63,964 nt of DNA, filler included, from Octopus bimaculoides (GCF_001194135.2; 11 parts of 8 records of this genome joined end to end with filler, not necessarily neighbours in it); one strand, 5' to 3'; counted from the whole stretch's first letter, positions 39,456 through 51,957 are shown. The notes: generated by a model not told the origin, from the letters alone. Numbers and translations: made by a program.

Positions 39456-40769
39456 GTATATACAGTTTGTTTATAAATAATCTACTGGTTTTCGTCCCAT
39501 CCATCGATCTCTCTATATTTTGCCAATAATTTCTTATGCTTAGTTTGGAAACGTTTTTTCACAGAACACAAATATCCTTAACTGTTTTTCCAGCTAGATT
39601 CAAAGATAAATTACAGCTGCATAGCAAATACGCGGAGCGCGCTTCCAAGAAATAAACACCACAAATAAAAGGCATCTAATATACTCATTAACTCAGAAGT
39701 TTATGCTGTAGACATATATATCCCAAATTCCCATAACCTATAAAATAACAGAAATAATTTATTGTCAAATTTGCAATTTATATCGTTTTGAATCTTCGGT
39801 TGGCCATGGTAGTGATTCTGGCGTTTCATAATTTTTGATATAATCGGCATGCATAAATATCAGTAACAGCCATTCATGATCGCTATCACCTGTTGATGAA
39901 GACGAGATGTGTTTATATAATTATAACTAGACATTTCCTTTATAAACAAGGATTCATATCAAAAGAAAGGATATATCGAGTATGTACAGGAGTCTATATT
40001 ATGCAAACGCATGCTTTACTCTCCTCCATATTCGCGTCGTGTTACTAAAAATGTGTATACGCCTCGTTTTTTTATTTTATTTTCATTTATTACTAATATA
40101 AATGGTATATAGGCATGTGTGTGTATGTTTATTGCATGTTTATGTGTGTTCATTATTTTGACAGTATGCCTCGTCACTTGTATCCAACCCGAGATAAATA
40201 AATAAAAATAAACTATTACATATTATCGAGGGAGCCTTTAGGTGGTTGCTCGACATGCTATAAATAGTAGCCAAGTTATCCTGAAGATATATCTTACTGT
40301 TTCAACACTCTGCTGAAAAGTATCTTAGTCAAAGCTCACTCTTGTAATGATTCTGTTAAAAGAAAAAAAAATATCGAAAAGCGATTAGGGTTTCTCCTTT
40401 GCAGTAGAGAGTTCCTCGCTACCTTTGAAATGAATGGGAACAAGGTTAGTACTATTACTGTGATATTGTATTTCAGGACTTGTTGACCAATGCAGTCATC
40501 GACGGCACAATAATTTGTAGGAGTTTAAGTTTTAATAAGGTGGAGGACGCAACCGACACTAGTTATAGAGATAAAAAAAATACTCGGAGCGATCAAATTA
40601 ATATCGAACAATGTAAATGAGGGCTTAACACTGCATTGGTTGATAAAAATTCTTTTTTTTTCTGTTTTTAATGGGATAAGGCTACCATTGGTTTCTTATT
40701 AAGAGAAAAATCTCTGCACTAACTCCTAATTTTAAACTATGTCCAATCTATGACATCGAAGTAGATTTG

Positions 40770-41230
40770 GTGTTATGGTAAGACGAAGAATGGATCTTTT
40801 GCAGATCCTTTGGCAGCCTAGAATCTAAAGTCTGGTCACAGAGCTATATAAAATTGACACTAAGATCATGGAATGTCTCATTTGTTCTTTCTGCACTGCT
40901 GCGTTCTTCCGAAACTTGGACTATATATATATGTTATGTAAAAATGTCAGAAAAATCTCACCAGAAATGCCTCCGCCACATACTCAGAATAAACAGGTCC
41001 TCACTCTTTCCTTAACACTGAAGCTAGGATTACATGAAACCAAGCCATGCTTAGAACGAATCAACTATGATGGACAGGCCATCTTTCCGTATGGATGATG
41101 AGCGCACTCTCAAACAAAAGCTTTATGGTTAGCTAATGTTGGGAAAGATAAAAAAATAGTAAGCAGAAGAAAAGAATACAAAGACTCTTTAAAATTAAAT
41201 TTGAAATGCCTTAAATTATGTTACAAATTT
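40770..41230 (+). mobile_element. Decayed RTE LINE 3' fragment
   Basis: FGSLESKVWSQ, VLSALLRSSETWTIY, HQKCLRHILRI, RMDDERTLKQKLYG motifs. Confidence 0.75.
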
Positions 41231-41632
41231 AGAAATGTCGATTTTCGCCATTTTTTTTTTTTTTTGCAGATTCGTGTTCCTCATAGCCGAAAAGCTGTGT
41301 CGAAAAAAAGAAAAAAAGTTGTAAAAAGGGTGTTTTTCGGGGGATGGGCGGAAGTCTTGCCGAAAACTGTTACAGGTATGTAAGAATATGAATAAATTTA
41401 AATAAACGATATACACGTGTTAGGACTGAATAAGCAGAGAACAGGATCTAAAACCTTCGTAAAAATATATAATTAGAAATATAAATCAGTTACGTATACA
41501 TACATACATACATACANNNNNNNNNNNNNNNNNNNNNNNNNNNNNNNNNNNNNNNNNNNNNNNNNNNNNNNNNNNNNNNNNNNNNNNNNNNNNNNNNNNN
41601 NNNNNNNNNNNNNNNNNNNNNNNNNNNNNNNN

Positions 41633-41714
<82 letters not shown>

Positions 41715-41939
41715 GATGTATATGTATATATATGTGTGTGTGTGTGTATGTATATATATACATGTGTGTGTATGTATATATATACATGTGTGTGTATGTA
41801 TGCACACACACACAGATATATATTCTTTTCTTTTCTTTTACTTGTTTTAGTTATATATATATATATGTACGCCAGTCTCCATGATTGACCGCTAACTCCA
41901 AAAGTTTTTTCTTCTCTCTGTGTTTATTTCCTCGTGTTC

Positions 41940-41975
41940 TTTTCTCTTGAAGAGCGTAGGCTCGAAACGTAAAAG
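41940..41975 (+). ncRNA. Degenerate minimal type-I hammerhead-like motif in a Penelope pLTR-like repeat
   Basis: TTTT-CTCTTGA-A-GAGC-GTAG-GCTC-GAAA-C-GTA-AAAG; the core differs from CUGANGA at G5 and A6. Confidence 0.5.
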
Positions 41976-42074
41976 ACTTTCTCACTTTCGCGTGCGTCAA
42001 ACCAATACACCTGCTTGTTGTTTATACGCCTATCTTCGTCTTCTGTTTTTCTGTAAATTTCAACTATATATATA

Positions 42075-42354
42075 TATTTCTATATTTAAGAGATGACGAA
42101 TTATTTACATTATTTACATTATTTACATTTGACGGATATTTGTCCTCATCTTGTTGTTGTCAACACAACGTTTCGGCTGATATACCCTCCAGCCTTCGTC
42201 AGGTGTCTTGGGGAAATTTCGAACCTGGGTTCTCATTCCTAACGATGTTACTATTATTATATTATTATTATTATTACTATTATTAAGCAGGTCGCTGCCG
42301 TGAATCGAACTCGGAACCTTGGGGTTAGTAGCCCGCGCTCTTAACCACTACGCC
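42075..42354 (-). mobile_element. tRNA-headed SINE-like element containing a hammerhead ribozyme motif
   Basis: Head GGCGTAGTGGTTAAGAGC...GAGTTCGATTC (A and B boxes), (AAT)n spacer, hammerhead at 42207-42162, (AATGTAAAT)x3 tail. Confidence 0.75.
42162..42207 (-). ncRNA. Minimal type-I hammerhead ribozyme motif
   Basis: GACAC-CUGACGA-A-GGCUG(10-nt loop)CAGCC-GAAA-C-GUU/GUGUU. Intact core, 5-bp stems I and II, palindromic ACGU stem III; predicted cut between 42167 and 42166. Confidence 0.75.
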
Positions 42355-43290
42355 ATAATAGTAACATCGTTAGGAATGCGAACCCAGGTTCGAAATTTCC
42401 CCAAGACACCTGNNNNNNNNNNNNNNNNNNNNNNNNNNNNNNNNNNNNNNNNNNNNNNNNNNNNNNNNNNNNNNNNNNNNNNNNNNNNNNNNNNNNNNNN
42501 NNNNNNNNNNNNNNNNNNNNNNNNNNNNNNNNNNNNNNNNNNNNNNNNNNNNNNNNNNNNNNNNNNNNNNNNNNNNNNNNNNNNNNNNNNNNNNNNNNNN
42601 NNNNNNNNNNNNNNNNNNNNNNNNNNNNNNNNNNNNNNNNNNNNNNNNNNNNNNNNNNNNNNNNNNNNNNNNNNNNNNNNNNNNNNNNNNNNNNNNNNNN
42701 NNNNNNNNNNNNNNNNNNNNNNNNNNNNNNNNNNNNNNNNNNNNNNNNNNNNNNNNNNNNNNNNNNNNNNNNNNNNNNNNNNNNNNNNNNNNNNNNNNNN
42801 NNNNNNNNNNNNNNNNNNNNNNNNNNNNNNNNNNNNNNNNNNNNNNNNNNNNNNNNNNNNNNNNNNNNNNNNNNNNNNNNNNNNNNNNNNNNNNNNNNNN
42901 NNNNNNNNNNNNNNNNNNNNNNNNNNNNNNNNNNNNNNNNNNNNNNNNNNNNNNNNNNNNNNNNNNNNNNNNNNNNNNNNNNNNNNNNNNNNNNNNNNNN
43001 NNNNNNNNNNNNNNNNNNNNNNNNNNNNNNNNNNNNNNNNNNNNNNNNNNNNNNNNNNNNNNNNNNNNNNNNNNNNNNNNNNNNNNNNNNNNNNNNNNNN
43101 NNNNNNNNNNNNNNNNNNNNNNNNNNNNNNNNNNNNNNNNNNNNNNNNNNNNNNNNNNNNNNNNNNNNNNNNNNNNNNNNNNNNNNNNNNNNNNNNNNNN
43201 NNNNNNNNNNNNNNNNNNNNNNNNNNNNNNNNNNNNNNNNNNNNNNNNNNNNNNNNNNNNNNNNNNNNNNNNNNNNNNNNNNNNNNNNNN

Positions 43291-43331
<41 letters not shown>

Positions 43332-43333
43332 TA

Positions 43334-43557
43334 CGAGGTGGTGCTGAAAAGTTCCCGGCTTTGGCTAAAAGAAAATACAGGAGAACCAGTTAATTATGAT
43401 TTTGTTCAGTATATTTCTCTCTTAGATTCACACACTTATTGCAGCGGTCCTTCAGTTTTTCTAAGCTAACCCTCTAAAAAAAACTTGGGAAGAGGTTGGG
43501 CCACCAAGCAGGCCTTTCGCGACTCCCTTAAAGCCAGGAACATTTCAGCACCCCTCG
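43334..43557. mobile_element. Mariner-type MITE
   Basis: TIRs CGAGGTGGTGCTGAAAAGTTCCCGGCTTT / AAAGCCAGGAACATTTCAGCACCCCTCG, TA on both flanks. Confidence 0.8.
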
Positions 43558-43563
43558 TATACT

Positions 43564-43603
<40 letters not shown>

Positions 43604-43679
43604 GAAATATATATTTACATGAATACATTCGAATATAAGCAGACCCATATACGTTAAACATGCATACGTATATTTACAT

Positions 43680-43796
<117 letters not shown>

Positions 43797-44354
43797 TAGG
43801 CATGCACATATATATTTGAATGCTTATACATATAACATATATAAAGAAATTAGGAACTGCTTCCGAATCTCATCGATGTTGGCGTTTCAAAACAGTCTTT
43901 GATGTGATAAAAAGTTTCATTCTATACAATAGTAATAGACGCAGAGAAGTAAAGGGTTGAAGTAACAACATAAAAAGCGAGGGAAGGGGAAGGAACTTTC
44001 AAATGAAAATGCAGAGTGGGATATTTTAATATTTCGTCATCCTGGTAGATAAACTATTCAATTGACTATTAAAGTGAAGGTCATTGTAACAACACGCTTC
44101 ATGTAGAAACACCTCCTCCTTTCATTGATGATTATGCGTAAACACAGAGGAAAGTATATTCGTTTAAATAGCTCCTTGTATGTACTCTCATAATTTACCA
44201 CCAAGCAATTAGTTATGCACCTACACACGCACGCACACACACACATAAACACACACATATATACATAGCCATACATTCTCTCTCTCTCTATATATATATA
44301 TATGTATATATTTATATATATATGTATGTGAGTGAGTGTGTACATATAAGTATA

Positions 44355-44918
44355 CCGTAAATCCTCGAGTATAGTCCGCCCTTGAATATAATACGCAGGG
44401 GATTTTTAGGGTGTTGTACCTCTGAAAAACCTAAACCTTGTGTATAATACGCACCTCTTCTCTAACTTGAATCAAGGAGGTCTATATAACGTCCCTGGTT
44501 TGTAAACATATATACGGTAACGTCCTTTATTATTATTGTATATATAACATAATGCAAACGTGTAGCTTTTTTGTGCACTTTGTTTGCAGAAAATATAGNN
44601 NNNNNNNNATTATTGTATATATAACATAATGCAAACGTGTAGCTTTTTTGTGCACTTTGTTTGCAGAAAATATAGAAATAACAGTAATAATGTCAGTGAA
44701 AAATAAATATAGCTTAAGGTATTAGCTTAAGGTATTTTCGCGCCCGACATCACAAAATGCGTTTGAATAAACATTGCCGGACAGCAAATAGATACTAGGA
44801 CATTGTTTAGAAAATATTTTTCATTTTTAACCTCATATATAGTACGCTGCGGTACTAGGGATTTTGACCTTTAAATTTTTGGGAAAAAAAAATGCGGGTT
44901 ATACTCGAGGATTTACGG
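44355..44918. mobile_element. Pogo/Tigger-like MITE
   Basis: TIRs CCGTAAATCCTCGAGTATA / TATACTCGAGGATTTACGG, TA TSD at 44353-44354 and 44919-44920. Confidence 0.85.
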
Positions 44919-45794
44919 TATGTGTGTGCGTATATATATATATATATATATATATATNNNNNNNNNNNNNNNNNNNNNNNNNNNNNNNNNNNNNNNNNNN
45001 NTTAATTAATTAANNNNNNNNNNNNNNNNNNNNNNNNNNNNNNNNNNNNNNNNNNNNAAAAACACACACGCATACCTGTTCGTATATATTTGTATATATC
45101 TTTGTGTCGGTGGTTGTATGGAGTCGTAGTTGTACAAGGTTGTTAGTAATATGTTTATTTGTTATACACAAACATGTGTAAGTATGGATATATGCATACC
45201 ATTATAGATACGCATACGGATGCAGCCACACAGATATACATGTGTTTGTGTTTACATTCAAGCATGTATATATATTTATATATATATATACACATATATA
45301 TATACTATATATCGATAGATACATACATACATACATATACATATAACACATGTATACATAAATATATACACACAGATACACACGCACGCACGCACACACA
45401 CACACACACACACATACATACATTCATAGTTACATACCTACACATATTTGTATACATATATATGCATCGATATGTTTATATGCATGCATATGTATGCGTG
45501 TTTGTGTGTACGTGCGTGTGCGCGTGAGAATGTTTGTGTATACAGACACATACGCACAAACATACACACACACACGCATATAACCAGATGTTGATATAGA
45601 ATATAGCTAGATGCTGTACATGAATTTATTCGTAAACATATTTGTATTCACCCATTCATAAAAATGTTTCACGTACATATATAATATACATATAATCACT
45701 CATATATGTGCATATATATATACGTACACATAAACACATAAACACATACATACATACACATATACATAGATACATACATACACTCATGCATACA

Positions 45795-45824
<30 letters not shown>

Positions 45825-45825
<1 letters not shown>

Positions 45826-46046
45826 TGGGTTGTCTGGAAAGTTCGTGCCGATTTATAGTAGCTTACCTTACGACTTATTTGCCATGAAACCACCTCAATT
45901 CTGGGAAGAGGGTATTTTCAAGTTAAAGGAAAGATGGAGATGCATTGTGCAACAAAATGGTTCATATTTGGTTGATTAAAAATGTAATGGCAAGTATTTA
46001 TTGACCTTTCCTTTAAAAATCGGCACGAACTTTCCGGACAACCCAA
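45825..46046 (+). mobile_element. Internally deleted mariner retaining the transposase C-terminus
   Basis: TIRs TTGGGTTGTC(T/C)GGAAAGTTCGTGCCGATTT, TA flanks; encodes FWEEGIFKLKERWRCIVQQNGSYLVD*. Confidence 0.9.
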
Positions 46047-46744
46047 TACATACATAGGAGTAGGTATCAAAAAGTTCCCGGACTAGTTATGTTCAATAAA
46101 AAATAAACATATTTTCCTAAGTTCAAACATCNNNNNNNNNNNNNNNNNNNNNNNNNNNNNNNNNNNNNNNNNNNNNNNNNNNNNNNNNNNNNNNNNNNNN
46201 NNNNNNNNNNNNNNNNNNNNNNNNNNNNNNNNNNNNNNNNNNNNNNNNNNNNNNNNNNNNNNNNNNNNNNNNNNNNNNNNNNNNNNNNNNNNNNNNNNNN
46301 NNNNNNNNNNNNNNNNNNNNNNNNNNNNNNNNNNNNNNNNNNNNNNNNNNNNNNNNNNNNNNNNNNNNNNNNNNNNNNNNNNNNNNNNNNNNNNNNNNNN
46401 NNNNNNNNNNNNNNNNNNNNNNNNNNNNNNNNNNNNNNNNNNNNNNNNNNNNNNNNNNNNNNNNNNNNNNNNNNNNNNNNNNNNNNNNNNNNNNNNNNNN
46501 NNNATAGAAAACGAACTTTTTTCGAACAACGAAAGAAACAAACAAACAGAGAAACAAGACAGGCAACATAAAGAACATTCCATTCATCAGTTGTCCCCTG
46601 TTTTATCTACTCTGCGTTTCGTAGGTGGCGACAAGACGCGACTTCGTCAAAACAGTCCTTCCCGCAAAGCAAATAAAATAAAATTGGGGATTTTTTGCAG
46701 AAGATGAAAGTGGTACCAAAAACAGGACAGTGAGGACAAAACAG

Positions 46745-46778
<34 letters not shown>

Positions 46779-47604
46779 TGTATGTATGTATGTATGTAGG
46801 CACGTAGGTACATATACACATGTACACATACTTCCAGCCAAATTACAATTTCAAATTCATACCAGCAATTATTAGGGTACTAAGATATGTAACAAATTGC
46901 CTCAGCACCAATCTTGAGAAATATGGGTTCTCAAAACCAGAAAGGAGAAAGCTAATTAGAAGTCTACCGATTCAAGTAAAAACTGTCAAAATCTGTTAAA
47001 CTTGCCAAAAGTTTAGCCTGTAGTACATTTGCACATATCAAGACATACAGCCATAATTATGAGTAGACATGCATGAAACAAGGCATACACCTTCTTCACC
47101 ACATGTTGTGGAAAAAAGCTTGCTTCACAACCTTATAATTCCGGATTCAATCCTTCTGCGTGGCACCTTAGGCACAAGTGTCTTCTACTATAACCTCGGG
47201 TCGACCAAAGTCCTGCAGGTGGATTTGGTGGATGGAAACTGAAAGAAGCTCGTCGTATATATATATATATATATATATATATATNNNNNNNNNNNNNNNN
47301 NNNNNNNNNNNNNNNNNNNNNNNNNNNNTTAATTAATTAANNNNNNNNNNNNNNNNNNNNNNNNNNNNNNNNNNNNNNNNNNNNTATATATATATATATG
47401 CATATATACATACATATATACATATATATATACATATCTATGTTTACATATATATATATATATATATATACATGCTTACACACACACACACACACACAAA
47501 TATATATATATATATACATACATACGTATGTACATATAAATATATATACATATATATATCTCAGTATGTGCGTGTACATGTGCATGAGTGTGCGCGTTCG
47601 TGCG

Positions 47605-47641
<37 letters not shown>

Positions 47642-48175
47642 GTGTATGTCTGTGTGTGTGCGCATGTATGTGTGTGTGCGTGCGTCTGTCTGTCACTGTC
47701 ATCCCGATTGTAAAAGTTTAATAAATATTTTCCATATTAAAAAGTATTGAGTGATTCTTGAATTTAATCTTAAATTGTTTTAATATATATTGCATGACAT
47801 GAAAACAAACATGAATACATACATATATGCATGCATACATATGTACACACGTATATATATANNNNNNNNNNNNNNNNNNNNNNNNNNNNNNNNNNNNNNN
47901 NNNNNNNNNNNNNNNNNNNNNNNNNNNNNNNNNNNNNNNNNNNNNNNNNNNNNNNNNNNNNNNNNNNNNNNNNNNNNNNNNNNNNNNNNNNNNNNNNNNN
48001 NNNNNNNNNNNNNNNNNNNNNNNNNNNNNNNNNNNNNNNNNNNNNNNNNNNNNNNNNNNNNNNNNNNNNNNNNNNNNNNNNGTACATACATATATGTTTT
48101 TATTGACTGATTCTTGAATTTAATGTTAAACTGTTTTAATATATAACATGACATGAAAACAAACATTAATATACA

Positions 48176-48212
<37 letters not shown>

Positions 48213-48744
48213 TATCATAAATACGTTTATATAGTCATTCATACAATATATGCATACATACATACATACGTACATGCATATATACATACATACATACATA
48301 CATACATACAAACATACATCATTCATACATACATACATACATACATAAAAGTGATGTATTTACCTATATGTCACAACAATCTGGAATCTGATGAGTGAAT
48401 CTTATAAACAATGTAATCCACGCCGCCAACCCAGTAATTCAACTACTTCACCACGATTTTATATATTCACAATATTTATCAAATAGTATCACCAATTTCA
48501 ACAATTCGCTTCAACAATTTTCTAATCCGAAAATGACAAAGAAATAAAATATAAACAAAAAGAAACGTAAGAAGAAAAAATAATAGCACAAGAAAATCTT
48601 GGCTATTTTCACTAGATTTTAAGCTTCCAAACGCCGCCATTGTTAGCTGTAGCTGCTACTATGTCAATTATTTATAAAAAACAAGCGGTAAAAACGAAAT
48701 AATACTTGAAAGAAACGCAAAGCAAAATAATATTAAATCAATTT

Positions 48745-48870
48745 TGATAAATATCCTGTCAAACGTCATAGGCAAGCGACGTCATAGATAAACATAGATA
48801 AACAAACACTTCATTTTTACTTTGGAAGCAGAAAATCTACCGTTATCTTTTTTTCCTAGTTAAGTGACGT
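48745..48870 (+). promoter_or_regulatory. Candidate ferritin proximal regulatory cluster (CRE/ATF half-sites, GATA, Forkhead)
   Basis: ACGTCA at 48763 and 48779, TGACGT at 48865, tandem TAGATAAACA at 48785-48804, TGATAA at 48745. Confidence 0.35.
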
Positions 48871-48879
48871 GAAAAGAAA

Positions 48880-48976
48880 ATGGCGGTTTCATATGCGTTT
48901 TGCAGGACATATGCTGTTGTGTTTGTTGTTCTTGGTGTTGTACTTCGTGGGACATTAGCTGAACTATGTAGCGATG
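48880..48976 (+). CDS. Secreted (yolk-type) ferritin, first coding exon: signal peptide
   Basis: MAVSYAFCRTYAVVFVVLGVVLRGTLA/ELCSD; hydrophobic core and T-L-A cleavage pattern; donor G|GTAAGT in phase 1, matching the next exon. Confidence 0.8.
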
Positions 48977-49536
48977 GTAAGTACTACTAATGTTCTTCGT
49001 AACTTAATACTCTTGCAGGGACACTACATGCACATATCGTTGGAACAAAATCAGATTTACAGACAAGACAAGAAAAAAAAAATCCTGGTAATTTTCACTA
49101 TTGACACTGAAAAACGGAGTCGTTAAATCGTCGGGTAAAATGCTTCACAATATTTGTTCTGACTATGGCAGAGAGCTGGCAGAACCGTTAGCACGGCGGG
49201 CGGAATGCTTACCGGTATTTCGTCTGCCTTTACGTTCTGAGTTCAAATTCCACCGAGGTCAGCTACATCTACCAATCCTACGTAAGTCCCTTTGAATGCA
49301 TTCTCCATCGAGATGTTTAGAGTCGCAGGCGAGAGAAGGGTGTCAGGTGGAGACCAAAGCAGACGAACCACTCCCCAGAGCCACCCTTCGTTATCACCCC
49401 ATACTCCTTCTTATTAATCTCATTGTCACACACGCACGCACGCACGAACACACACAAGCACCGTTACAGTTATACACACATCTATACATATTCACTTAGA
49501 CAACTCTCGCTGTTAAACTAACGTTATCAATTGCAG

Positions 49537-49623
49537 CCACCAACGTTTGCCATAACTATGATAGCGTATCCAACGAAAAACTACAGTCGCAGGTTCTAAA
49601 GGAGTTACAGGCCAGCTACATCT
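49537..49623 (+). CDS. Ferritin exon encoding helix A (truncated by gap)
   Basis: Acceptor ttgcag; (A)TNVCHNYDSVSNEKLQSQVLKELQASYI aligns with VRQNYH..EAAINRQINLELYASYVY. Confidence 0.85.
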
Positions 49624-50490
49624 NNNNNNNNNNNNNNNNNNNNNNNNNNNNNNNNNNNNNNNNNNNNNNNNNNNNNNNNNNNNNNNNNNNNNNNNNNNNN
49701 NNNNNNNNNNNNNNNNNNNNNNNNNNNNNNNNNNNNNNNNNNNNNNNNNNNNNNNNNNNNNNNNNNNNNNNNNNNNNNNNNNNNNNNNNNNNNNNNNNNN
49801 NNNNNNNNNNNNNNNNNNNNNNNNNNNNNNNNNNNNNNNNNNNNNNNNNNNNNNNNNNNNNNNNNNNNNNNNNNNNNNNNNNNNNNNNNNNNNNNNNNNN
49901 NNNNNNNNNNNNNNNNNNNNNNNNNNNNNNNNNNNNNNNNNNNNNNNNNNNNNNNNNNNNNNNNNNNNNNNNNNNNNNNNNNNNNNNNNNNNNNNNNNNN
50001 NNNNNNNNNNNNNNNNNNNNNNNNNNNNNNNNNNNNNNNNNNNNNNNNNNNNNNNNNNNNNNNNNNNNNNNNNNNNNNNNNNNNNNNNNNNNNNNNNNNN
50101 NNNNNNNNNNNNNNNNNNNNNNNNNNNNNNNNNNNNNNNNNNNNNNNNNNNNNNNNNNNNNNNNNNNNNNNNNNNNNNNNNNNNNNNNNNNNNNNNNNNN
50201 NNNNNNNNNNNNNNNNNNNNNNNNNNNNNNNNNNNNNNNNNNNNNNNNNNNNNNNNNNNNNNNNNNNNNNNNNNNNNNNNNNNNNNNNNNNNNNNNNNNN
50301 NNNNNNNNNNNNNNNNNNNNNNNNAAAAAAAAAAATTAAATGCAAAATCCATGTTAGATATATTGAACCTCCAATCAGAAAGGGATGTAACTAAATAACG
50401 CAAATTCATTTGTCCTCCACTCTAACAATTCTACTAGTGTTATCACATTTCATTGTATTCCCTTTTAAACCGTTTTTCTTTTCACTTTAG

Positions 50491-50637
50491 TCATACTTTT
50501 TCGGTCGAAGCGACATAGCTCTGCCAGGAATCTCCAAGTTCTTTGCCAGAGAATCTCTAGAAGAACGATCCCATGCTGACAACCTAATAGAATACATCAA
50601 CAAACGTGGAGGTAGAATTGTCTTTAAAGACATTAAG
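50491..50637 (+). CDS. Ferritin exon encoding helix B
   Basis: SYFFGRSDIALPGISKFFARESLEERSHADNLIEYINKRGGRIVFKDIK; acceptor ttcactttag, donor AAG|GTAAGA; EExxH ferroxidase motif. Confidence 0.95.
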
Positions 50638-50983
50638 GTAAGAAAGAATTCGTTCCGCATCAGTTGCAGTTAGTTTCTCAACGCTTCATCTTCGTCCACC
50701 CTTGTCGCTTATCGCGTCGTGCTGATTTGGGTTGAGGAAAATCTTAAGTGGTAATGATGCCTCTAATCTACTCATTCACATACAAGTTTCATTTCACGGC
50801 TAAAAATTCATTTGGCCAAGCAAACGAATGCGCATTGCGATGATGGACGGGCAATGCAGAAGCTTTGCCAAATTCTATTCTTCATTTCATTATAGTTCAA
50901 TATTTTGATTGTTGAAATAATCGTTTGTGACACACCGGAAGACAAACAGATGTGATGTGTTGTTATTCATTTTCTATTTACAG

Positions 50984-51022
50984 TATTCTGAAACTTGCAA
51001 ACTTCTAAACAGAAATATTTCA
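50984..51022 (+). CDS. Candidate 39-nt ferritin exon ([13 protein letters not shown]), BC-loop insertion
   Basis: Strong acceptor ttttctatttacag, donor TCA|GTAAGT, phase 0-0, in frame with the helix-B exon. Confidence 0.55.
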
Positions 51023-51921
51023 GTAAGTATCTGAGAATATGGTTTTCATGTGTCTTATACACACACACACATGTATATATATATGTATGTATATGTATAT
51101 ATATGTGTACATATATATACATATATTCGCATTATTTAATGTATATGTATATATATATATACACATATACATATGTATATATATGTGTATATATATATGT
51201 ATATAAATACATATATATATTTGTATTATATAATGTATGTATATATATATGTATGTATNNNNNNNNNNNNNNNNNNNNNNNNNNNNNNNNNNNNNNNNNN
51301 NNTTAATTAATTAANNNNNNNNNNNNNNNNNNNNNNNNNNNNNNNNNNNNNNNNNNNNTATATATATATATATATATTCACTCACACGGTCAGGCAGACG
51401 TACTTCAAGGGCCATAGACATAAGTTCAGAGCAATGCGTTAAGCTCGTATATTCTCAGTAATGGAGGCGATTTTAACTTACATGATGGCTTCATTGAAAA
51501 ATGGTCGCCAAAGTCACCTCATTTGTACCATGTGTCGGAAACACGATCATATTTCCCATCATCAGGGAATTCCGGTTGCGCTCTATGTTTACATTTATGT
51601 ATATATTGTTTCTGTTTCGTACTTTTTAATTTTGTATGCTTGATGTTGATTTTATGATTAGTAACTGTGGTTGCTGTTGTTGTTGTTGTTGTTGTTGTTG
51701 ATAGGGGTGATTGTGTTGGTGGCTGTGATAGTTTTTCCTTTCTACTCCCTTCCTCTCTAGTTTCCTTCTCTCTTTCGTCTGACTTCCGCTCTGTCCTGAG
51801 ATAATCATCAACATTTTAGATTACAGCTAAGATTAATCCATCTGTTAAGAATTCTTACCTTCCCTGCGTATGTATGTATATATGTAATATATATATATGT
51901 GTGNNNNNNNNNNTATATATA

Positions 51922-51957
<36 letters not shown>

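Noticed and set aside
47745-48200. About 100-bp direct repeat flanking a gap
   Set aside because: Could be allelic haplotypes placed on either side of the gap; cannot be resolved without reads.
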